DNA of 64,000 nt, from assembly GCF_000315625.1 (NCBI RefSeq), contig NW_005434647.1, forward strand, positions 418,936 through 482,935, given 5' to 3'. The translations under genes and the position numbers were made by a program. The notes under the pieces were generated by a model. It had not been told where the DNA came from, did not search any database, and was given only the letters and a program-made list of their open reading frames with translations. Source of the stretch: Guillardia theta CCMP2712 (Eukaryota > Protista > Cryptophyta). Shown here piece after piece: positions 24,170 through 34,040 of the stretch (positions within the stretch are counted from its first letter, which is position 1; each line of letters opens with the position of its first letter).

Positions 24170-25028
24170 ATGAAACGCCTCCTCTTCGGCTCCGAAAAGG
24201 CTCTGCCTAGTCTTGCGGTACCTCCAATGAAAAAGTTTTCCCCTTTGAATGATCTTGACCACGACGACGATGCGATGTCGTACGATACGGTGTCGGGAGA
24301 CTTGACCTACTCCAGCGACGGGGAGGGGCAGGCAGCGTCAGGAAGCTTCTTGTTCAGCGTCGTGGTGTTGGACGGGAAACGCTTTCCGGCGGGCCGCTCG
24401 GGAAGAATCAAACCCAGAGTCCACCTCCAGTTCTCCTGCCCGGGATACTTCTCGCAGATCGCTGCGACCACCTCACAGTCAACAACATGGCCGGTCTGGA
24501 GAGAGGGCTTCATCTTCTCGACCCCTGCAGAGAACATCAAGGACATCAGCATCATGCGGCATGCCATGGTGAGTGTATTGAGGTCTAGGAGGGCTGGAGT
24601 GTCTTGACGGGGCGTGCTTGCGAGCAGGTGATGGTTCTGATCGAGGACGAGCTATCCAACCGGCTGCTGGGCCAGTCGTGGGTGTCTTTGGAGGAGGTAG
24701 TCTCGCAGAGAAAGATCGACAAGGAGTATCATTTTTGTCCGACCATGGAGGCGAACCCCAGTCTGAGGCTTGTTCTGACTGCCATCGACGAGTCGTGCGT
24801 GCATCCGTCGGTGAGTCAGTACGGGAAGCCGATCCGGAGTCTGCGATCGAAGCTCGGTAGGGTCATGTAGAGGAGATGGGATGATAGTTTTGTGACATCA
24901 AGGCAGGTGCGGTCTTTCATCCAACAAGGCTTGCGAATCTCTCTGATGAGATGAAACAATTTTCGAAGGGGACTGTGAGTCTATTGAAGATCATCGATTG
25001 CGGGACGTATGCGGATGAGAACGACTAG
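24170..25028 (+). CDS. C2-domain protein, copy 3
   Basis: Near-identical to copies 1 and 2; in-frame 6-aa N-terminal gain (MKKFSPLNDLDH vs IRKNDH); ends DCGTYADEND*. Confidence 0.8.
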
Positions 25029-26249
25029 ACATTTAGCTGTCCATCATATAGGTCACATATTGTAAAATAAACAAGACAGATGTTCATTGCTCTATCTGAT
25101 GTATGTGCGCTATGGCTTGCATTCTGGACTGTGTTTGCGAACGTTGAGTCTGTTCATGAATCGCTACCGTCACGTCTGGGGGATGGCAAGTGTCCCTTGT
25201 TGGCTGATTGCGCAGAGGAGAGATTTTTTTTTCGTCCTTCAAACGAGATAATCTTAGATGATCTTCGATCATGAATTCCATTGAAGGTTTCATTCACTTG
25301 CCTTCATTCGAGTTTCATGGTACTAGGAGGGCCAAGTGAGTTTTCCTGCTATTTCACCGATTCTTGGTTGTTTGATTTCATTTGCTTCTTCCTCATCTTC
25401 TGTCCACCTTGACAGTCAAGAAGCAATCACGTTCCCTTGTGTCTGGTTTTTGCATGTTTCCCATTCTTGTCATGAAACCCCCAGCACATTGGTCAAAGCA
25501 AAACTTTCAAGTCAACAAAGCTCAGCTTAAGAAATTCACCACTCATCGATCCACAGTTCTTCGTTTTAATCCATCAGAACTCTAGGATAAGATGGAACAT
25601 CGCTCGAGCAAAGTCCGTCTGCCCAGCAATCTTTTTCCTCTCCCGACAACCTTCCATTCGGGCCAAATATTCCGCTCACCTTCAACACAAGGTTAGGCAG
25701 GATTTTATAACATGCACACAGATGCTACCTGGCACGCTCTCTGCTGACATCCTGAAAAGTTTGAATCCACTGGACTCTTCACCCCTTGCTCAGGACGTCT
25801 ATGATGTTGTCAGCAAAGGACAGACATAGTAGTGAGAGAAAACCAACCTGAGAGATCCTGGCGGGGCCCACTCCCCGTACCTCATACCACCAGCCAAATA
25901 CTGAAAAGAATGGAGCAGAGCAAACATCCGTGTATTTTTTCTTCTTGCTTATGATCAGGCCCTTCCCTCGTGCTCTCCGGACAGTATCAACCAAATAGGA
26001 CTGGAAACAGGAACCATGTCAAGGGAGGGAAGAGTTTTACCAAACCAAGGCGATCAAAACGTTGAGACTTTAGTTAGGGTCAACGAGTCTAAACAAGAAT
26101 CCCATTCATACTATTCACACTGCCCCCTGAACCTGTTGCCCTCTGCCATCGTTCGCGCTTGATGAATCAAATACCTGCTGCCATGGCTCCAGCCGCAAAT
26201 AGGATGTTCGTCTAGAAGGTTTAGTGAGTTCCGACCGAAAGTTGAAGAG

Positions 26250-26830
26250 AAACTGATGGCCCGGCCGGCCCGGGGGCGGGGGCCGCGCCGCCAGCCTCCG
26301 GCCGCCGCCCGGCGATCCGATGATCCGGGAGTCCGATCCGGGACAGGGGCCGCCGTTTGGCCTGTGCGACTTTACTCAAAGTTAAGTTAAAAATCAGTAC
26401 GACAGTTGTCTGGGTCAGGGCCTCCTCGACTCTCCTGATTGTCCTCACTGATTTTTAACTTAACTTTGAGTACAGACCGTACACTGTACAGGATGGATGA
26501 GAAGAAAAAAAAAAGATGAGCCGGTACAGACTACATCCGACTCAGTCCCCCGAGCCCGGCCGGGCCTGTTACCGTGAGTGGGCCGGGCCCCCGGGAGAAG
26601 CATGACCGAGCGGCGACTCAGGACTCGGCGGGAGTGCCACTCGGAGGGCCAACCGTGCTTGAAATCTATTTTTGGGACCGTACCGTCCGACCTCCGGGAC
26701 CGTCCTGTCCTGTCCTGTCAATTTCCTGCACACCGGTCACCCCGCGCGGCGGCTAGTGCCACCCCCGCCACCTCAGTACCTTCTGCATCCGGGTTTCACT
26801 CGTGATGACCCGTACCCCCCCCACGTGACC
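26250..26830. promoter_or_regulatory. GC-rich palindrome-dense island 3
   Basis: Same vocabulary as the other islands; hosts the inverted-repeat element. Confidence 0.5.
26373..26472. repeat. 100-bp foldback with perfect 26-bp inverted repeats (MITE-like, or a head-to-head pair of the dispersed element)
   Basis: 26373-26398 tactcaaagttaagttaaaaatcagt is the exact reverse complement of 26447-26472; 48-bp spacer. Confidence 0.92.
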
Positions 26831-27524
26831 GTGACAACTTGGCCCTGGTACCAGTAGGGAGCTCTTGTTTCCATATCAAGGACTATTCGTCAGGCTCTTT
26901 AGGTTCTCGTAGAGGCTCGCCCGGACCTTTCTGTGTGGGGAAAGGGGTAGGTGGTCCATGGGGTACGAGGGTGGTGGAGAGTTCTTGCTACACTACCCCC
27001 TGTCTTCCCGTGCGATTGTAGGGGTCCCTCTCTTTTCTAAATCGGGCAGCGGACCTACGCATCTTCCCGATTAGCTGTCTGCATCTATTGGCATGCCCGT
27101 CTGAATCTCCATTAGCGCCCTGTGTTTGCTCCCTCCCTCCTCCTCCTCCTTCTATAGCTCGCTTTCTTAGCTTCTAGTTCTTCCAGCTACTCTTTCAATC
27201 ACTATGTGCATCTTTTTCCTTGCGTCCCCAAGTAATCCGCTCACTTGATTGTTTCCATCATTGGTTCTTATTCTTTTGTTTCAAAGCTTGCAGCAATGGT
27301 AACCAGTGCTTTCTTGCATCATCTTGATATATCGCTCTGGTTTCTTGTGACATCATAACAACTTGCTTCTCTGTCATGTGACGAAATCTCAGTGGTTAAT
27401 GGTATTGAGCTTGATATTTCCCTTTAGAGTGCTTCTACACGATTATCCACAAATGCAATGATAGATTTGAGGAGAAGAACATGCCTTTTCTGTTTTGAGT
27501 TTGATTTGTAACACATGATGCAGA

Positions 27525-27811
27525 ATGTTCTCCACTATCCGAAGCTTCGTTTCCCTCGATGCTACCCCCTACGACGAAGACACCCACACTGGAAACGTCT
27601 TTGCTGACTTCCAGAGCTCTGCCGCCATGGAATGGCCTTCCTACACCGGCAAGTTTGACGTGAAGGTAAGAGTGAATGAATGAGTGCATGCGATTCGTGC
27701 TAACTTATTTGCTAGTACGATCCTTTCGGTGACGGCCCCACTGCCAACGCCTGGGCTGATGGATTCTCCACCAACTCCACGAACCCCATCCAGAAGATGA
27801 ATGGATTCTAA
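27525..27811 (+). CDS. Acidic/aromatic microprotein (~78 aa, 2 coding exons)
   Basis: MFSTIRSFVSLDATPYDEDTHTGNVFADFQSSAAMEWPSYTGKFDVK/YDPFGDGPTANAWADGFSTNSTNPIQKMNGF*. Intron 27666-27715 (gtaag...ctag); strongly C-ending codons. Confidence 0.7.
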
Positions 27812-27889
27812 GCGACAGATCGGTTATATCAAGAATTGAGTATTGTTCATTCTGCAAGATTAAACAATTTATCTTTGAATGCTTCTTAT

Positions 27890-29370
27890 TTACATTGGGG
27901 GCACAATCATGATGTCCTTGCTGTATGCAGTGACGGTACGATACTTGTCCGTGATCTGCGAAATCCCTGTAACGAGTAGCTAAACTTCGTCATTCACATC
28001 ACATTCACCTTCAAGCGGTATCGTCCAACACTCAAGCTGTTACTCACTGTCCAGGAAACTGTTCCTGAGTTATCCTATCCCAAAGTGAGAAGAGAAAAAC
28101 ATTCAGCCCGCAAACCAGAGATTGTTCAATCATCTGAACAAAAGAATCTGACATCGACTCCAACGAGAGCTGTCTTGATTTCATATATTGGAAACCGCAG
28201 AAGGAGGACATCGCACCTCCATTTCTGTTGCAACCCCCAGGGAATCCCATTGAATGATTTGCTTACTCTTCATTTGCCAGATGGCATCTGCATAACTTTA
28301 CATCGAATAGATGTGCGAGTACAGTAGACCTTGGTTGGGATTCAGAAAAAGCAAGTTGTCCCGGATGGTGATGGGGTAGCTCGAACACTCGAGAGGTTTA
28401 CCAACCTGCGAATGAAACATGTCAGCAAAGCTTCTAAGCCCCACGAAACTTCTGCAGACCTCACGCACACGAAGTTGGTATCGTCCTTGCTCGACATCTA
28501 CAGGGACTGTCCACAAATATTCTCCATGATCCGGCAACCCAAAGGCAATCTCCTTCCAGAAGCCAAATCTACGACCTCACGTATCAGAGCAAAGCAGTTG
28601 GCTTGGCTGTTTCAGAGTCTGGTAACCTCGAAGCGAATTCCAACACATGTCCCATGACAGGTGTCCTGGAGAAATGATCATTTTGAGAATCTCCCGATGA
28701 GTTTACTTCTTCTCTGACTTGGCAGCTGAGCCTGGATTACTCCTTGACTGCAAAGAAAGGAGTCATCAGGTGCAGCCTCATCTCAGCTGGACCTTGTCTA
28801 TGTTGGCGAGCTCCTGCTCGAGTGTCCATCGCCTCAGCTCCTCCTGTGCAACTCTGACGCCAGGATCAGATCAGTGCCGACAAGGCCTTTCAACCCGTCA
28901 CTTGGAGTCGGTGGATTTGTTTTTTAGCGCCATCGCCTGCCCGTCACTTGGTCAGGCCTTGCTGAGTCGCGTCAGTCGCATCCATCACCGCATTGCAAGT
29001 CGAGTGAAGCAAGACGGCCTGACTGATCCCCACAGATTCCTGACGAGTGCAGAGCATCAAAGGATCCAAGTGTCCAAACATACCCATCTTCACATGATCA
29101 TCTAGGTGCGTCTGCCCCTGCGCTTCCTTGTCCTGCGAGCTTTCTTGGTTGACCTCAGTCAGGCCCTCGGGCACACCTGCGGCTGTATTTGTATTCTTGA
29201 GCTCGCACTCTACTTGCAAACTCGACTTCACCTTTCGCTGGCATTTGAGCAACAGCTTCAAGGAGGGTCTGATCCATAGCAGAGTCACTCTCATCGCTCT
29301 CTGCAGATCCTGGGAAATCACTCAGGGGGATACGGAGGAGGATAAGGATAACGATGACGATGACGATGAC

Positions 29371-29423
<53 letters not shown>

Positions 29424-30536
29424 GGAGGAGGAGGAGGAGGAGGAGGAGGACGCATCGCAGCACCACTTGGCGGCGCCAGGTCCTTTTCCTTGAGGATCGG
29501 ATCGTTCTTCCCATCATACGCATCTTGCCAATATCATTAGGACCGCCTGACCCCATGCAAGAGCACCTTTGAGTAGGGAGGTCGGTTCATGGAGATCATC
29601 CCCGCTGCAAGGGGGGGTCAGGACGGAGGCGCAACGGAAACGGGTATGTGGTACCTGTCTTCCTCCTCTGACAAAAGAACGACCTCCCCAGCATCGTCTC
29701 CTGGTTTCCTTCCGTGCACGAGCGTCACTCTGATCAGCCCCAGCCTTTTCCTCTCACCTTGTCCTCCATTGGATAGCATATGAGCTGCCGCGGCAGAAGC
29801 AACCGCTGCCCATCCCAACTCATCAACAGGGTAGAGGAGGAAGAGGAGTCAGAGAAACCTTGGGGTATGGCCCACCGACATGACGATCTTGGGGGCCGAG
29901 CTCTTGACCAGGAAGTAGGCAGAAGTTGAATCCACTATCCCATTGGCTCCCTACGGCCCTCGAGTCAACCGTAACGACAGTCAAGGAAGATGCGACGAGG
30001 GTTGGGGAGGGGGTGGGTTGGGGTTGGGTGGTTGGCGAAGGGAGAAGCAGAGGGGGAAGAGGGGCATACAGACCGTCACACGTAAGCAGTACCATCCATT
30101 TGGCGTGTTTGCCGGGAGCTTGAGCGTAACCTGCATGTCAAGACAAGTTACTGTTGACTTCCTTCCTCCCTTCCCCCCTTCCAATCTCATCTCAACTTCA
30201 TCCTCCTCCCTCCTCCCGTCAGCGCTTGTATGACTCACCTCCCCTGTATCCGGAATGCTCCTGCACAGCGTCTGCCCCACGTCAGATGGACTAACAGCTC
30301 AAGAGGTGAACTGTACCTGCCACGAGGACACGTAGGAGCCAACATACGTGCCAATCTGAACAGCAAGGGTACGTATGATTCCCTTGGACTCCCATGCTAG
30401 GATCCCCTAACAAGGCAGGTCAGCTGGAGGGGTGGAGGAGGGCTTCTCACCTCATGCCCCGCAAACCAGACGTCATGCTCCGTTGGAGATATGACGGTCA
30501 ACCAGGCCTGAGAGATCAAGATGACGAGGGTGCAAA

Positions 30537-30583
<47 letters not shown>

Positions 30584-31804
30584 GAAGAAGAAGAAGAAGA
30601 AGATGATGATGATGATGATGATGATGGAGAAGAAGAAGATGATGATGATAGAGGAGGAGGAAGAGGAGGAGGAGGAGGAGTCATTTGCTTGTTACCTTGG
30701 ATCGAAGAGCCTCAGCGGCCTCATATCGGAGCGTGAAGTCTTCCAACTGGAAAGGATGGGCGCGTAAGAAGAAGGGCAAGGAAGGAAGTAGCGACAACCT
30801 CCTGCTCGATCCCCTTGATGCGGCTGGACTGGCTCGAGTCCTCATCGACAGTTTTGTTCGCGTGTTCCTCAGGTTGGCTGCCGGCTGCTCAACTGGCCCA
30901 TCAGCAACTACAAGAAGATAGATAAGACCCTGCTCACATGCAGGAGGAAGAGGCAGAGCAGTGGTAGGAGGAGGAAGAGGGCTCCTCCCGGACCTGTCGC
31001 CTTGCCCAGCCTCCTGCCGGACATTCAATGAGGGCTCTCCTCGCTTTTCCTCTTATCTTGACCTCCTCCGATGGCGTTTGAGACGAGAACGGCAGGAGGG
31101 AAGACGAAGAGGTCGGCACGAACGATCCCGCGGCGCTCACGAGAGAGCCGCTGATGTTGCGCGCTGCCCCCCATACCATGGACCCGCTGTCGACCACCAC
31201 GGAGCTTGCGTTTGTGATGATACCTGTGGGAAGAACATGTAAAGGAATGTTGCAGCAAGGGAGGGATGCCATGAATGGGAGCAAGGGAGAAATAGTGCGA
31301 GTAAATCATATCAATCATGGTCATCGTCGCCGTCATCAACATTGTCCTCCTCCTCCTCCTCCTCCTCCTCCTCATCGCTATCGTCGTTACCACTACCATC
31401 ACCATCGCCATCGATCTCCCTCTCCTACCTGGCACAGGAAGCGATTGCAGGATCCCCCATCTTGGCAGCTGGTCTGGAGCAGGTTGGATGCTGTCCAATC
31501 GATCGTAGAGTTCTCGTTGCAGGGAAGCGATCTTCTTTGGGGCGAAGCACAGGATACAGAGAACCCCAGAAGCAGGAGGCTCCGATCCTCCTCCTGCTCC
31601 CTCCGCTCCCTCCGCTCCTCCTACCTTGTCTCCCACGAGCTCTCTGAAAATTTCTTCCCCCTCCCCTTCGACATCGTCCTCCAATCCCCAACCATCCTTA
31701 GCATGCGAGCTGCAGAAGTCATGCCGGCATTCGGCGCAGCGGTACCTCCATATGTATGTGAAGGGAGCATGGCAGACGTAGCATCTCCCCTCCTTCTTCG
31801 CCAT
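27890..31804 (-). CDS. FYVE-like zinc finger plus about 3 Kre9/Knh1-type Ig-like repeats (many exons)
   Basis: CYVC...YRCAECRHDFCSSH...LCILC at the N-terminus. Repeated units ISPTEHDVWFAG...IPDTGE/VTLKLP...GWYCLR, PDHGEYLWTVP...GRYQLRV and NPNQ/DAIW...IQWDS...DNSGTVSWT. Whether this is one gene is inferred. Confidence 0.55.
29352..29450. repeat. Intronic (GAT)n-(GAG)n microsatellite
   Basis: Directly visible. Confidence 0.95.
30537..30680. repeat. Intronic (GAT)n/(GAA)n/(GGA)n compound microsatellite
   Basis: Directly visible. Confidence 0.95.
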
Positions 31805-32201
31805 GTCTCTCACCCCCTCCTCCTCTCACGTTCGCCCTTCCACGTCCATCCCCAGCATTCACGCATTCCCTCCCTCCATCGCATCCCCCCCCCGGTGCGC
31901 TAACTACTAAATAAAACCCTCCATCCGCCCCGACCTGCCCGCCTGTTTCCCGACCTGCCAGTTCCTCACCCCCCGCCCCTTCCCCTTCCTCCTCCCCTTC
32001 CTCCTCCCCTTCCTCCCTTTCCTCCTCCCCTTCTTCCTCCTCCCCTTCCTCCTTCCCCTTCCTCCTCCCCTTCCTCCCTTTCCTCCTCCCCTTCCTCCCT
32101 TTCCTCCTCCCCTTCGTCCTCCCCTTCTTCCTCTACTTCCTTCTCCTCGTCCTTCATCTCGTCCTTCGTCTCGTCCTGTCCCTCCCTTTCTCCCTTTCCA
32201 G

Positions 32202-32272
32202 ATGTCTGTCAGCTCGCGTAGATTGTGCTGTTTCATATTTGCATGCCTGCTTTCCTCTGCCGGAGGAGCAGG

Positions 32273-32309
<37 letters not shown>

Positions 32310-33235
32310 TGCTTCAGGGTTCTGTATCCTCCACCGAATCACGTCGTGACATCGGAAGAGGCGGCAGGAGGCGTGGAGGTAGAGCTTCAAGTCAACTGCG
32401 AGGAGGGGAAGGGCAGCAGAGCGAGACTGCTACAAGTCTACGGAGCCACAGGCGACGGGAGGCCCGGGGATCTCCTATGGCAGCGCAGCATTGACGATCC
32501 TCTAGGGGAGATCATGGCGGTGAGATGGAACATCATGCCGGAAGGAGGGAGCAGGGAGGGTTTTAGAGACTGGCACTGCTCAGGGTGGCGGCAGTGGAGA
32601 TGGACGGTGCATCGAGAGGAGGGAGAGCCGGAGCACCAACTTGTGCGCATGCGGGCTCCCCTCCTCGAGCATGCCTTGGAACGAGTCGCCTCCGTTGCGG
32701 GGAGGGAGGGCAGGGTGCCGTTTGCCCTCCAGGTAGGAGCCATGGACGGGGTAGAGCACGATCACCTGTACCCCTTCCTGGCAGGGGGAGGGTGGGGGGG
32801 GCTGCTCGTAGAGCCTCTAAGGGACTACTTCCATGCTCTCGTGCGGAACTACGGCAACGGGACCAGTGGCAGGGAGGAGGGAGGAGGGAGGCTCAAGTTC
32901 GCCAACAAGTGCATCGCGGAGGAGGACGGCAGGAGCGTTATGTACCGCCTGCCGCCGGTGGGACAGGAGGAGGGAAGGGACGCGGTCTGATGGTGGTGAA
33001 GGGAGCAGTAAGTCCTGAGGTGATGCACAAGTTCGGACTGGATGGCAGCTCGTCCCTCCTTGCAGGTGAGACCTGCTGCTGCTGCTGGTGGTGGTGCTGC
33101 TGGTGGTGGTGCTGCTGCTGGTGGTGCTGCTGCTGGTGGTGCTGCTGCTGGTGCGGCTGGTGGTGGTGGTGGTGGTGCTGCTGCTGGTGCTGCTGCTGCT
33201 GCTGCTGGTGCTGGTGCTGCTGCTGGTGGTGGTGG

Positions 33236-33270
<35 letters not shown>

Positions 33271-34016
33271 GTGGTGGTGGTACTGCTGCTGCTGCTGCTG
33301 CTGCTCTCGCAATTTTTGAGCTGTCGAGGAAGATGAAGATGGATTGCCGCCGGGGGATGGCGATGACTCTGTCGAAGCACAAGGAGCTGAGGGTGAGTGC
33401 GCTGGTTGTGAAGGAGAGGAGGACCGACAGTTTGTCCCCAGGGAGAGCGTCATTAACAGCATCGTTGCTGAGGAGGTGGGATTGTCAGTCGATGTCGTCG
33501 CTGCTGAAGGAGCATGCGATCACGAGGATAGACGTGCTGGCAGGTGAGGAGGAGGAGGAGGAGGAGGAGGAGGAGGAGGAGAAAGGGAAGGAGAGGAAAG
33601 GGGAGGATGCTGGTCAGCATTGCAGCATGATAAGACATGTGTACTAGTTGACACCGAAGGTTATGACCTCAAGATAGCCAAACAGTTCTTCGAGATCTCC
33701 CCGCAAGACTGCACAAGGTAGCGATCGCCCCCTCCCCGCTGCCCTGCTGTAGCCTGCGCGAATCACCCGCCGCCTCCTTCCTCTGACTCTCCTCTCCTCT
33801 CGCAGGCCTCAGGTCTTGTTCTTGGAGGTCGGATTGCTCAGCCCGGAAGATCATGAAGAAGCCGTTGCCTTGCTGGAGGTTGAACCGGGAGAGGAGGAGG
33901 AGGAGGAGGAGCTGACGCCTGCACAGGGCAACGGGTATCGTGCGATGCACTGCGGCTATGGGATGGAACTCCTGGGGATCTCGAACGGAATCGACAGGGA
34001 GGACGATGAGGCATAG
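32202..34016 (+). CDS. FkbM-family SAM-dependent methyltransferase with a signal peptide
   Basis: LQVGAMDG...WGGLLVEP...FANKCI...LLKEHAITRIDVL/VDTEGYDLKI...PQVLFLE are FkbM-type motifs; hydrophobic N-terminus. Confidence 0.85.
33073..33305. repeat. Intronic interleaved (CTG)n/(GTG)n microsatellite
   Basis: Directly visible. Confidence 0.95.
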
Positions 34017-34040
34017 AGGGATGCAGAGACGGGCTCGCAC

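Noticed and set aside
25848-25880. Helix-hairpin-helix-like VRGVGPARISQ
   Set aside because: Splicing in that frame hits an immediate stop, and the alternative frame lacks the motif. The minus-strand gene here could not be modelled reliably.
32817-33647. Poly-Q/H, poly-A, poly-C/W and poly-L/V ORFs
   Set aside because: They are translations of an intronic trinucleotide microsatellite.
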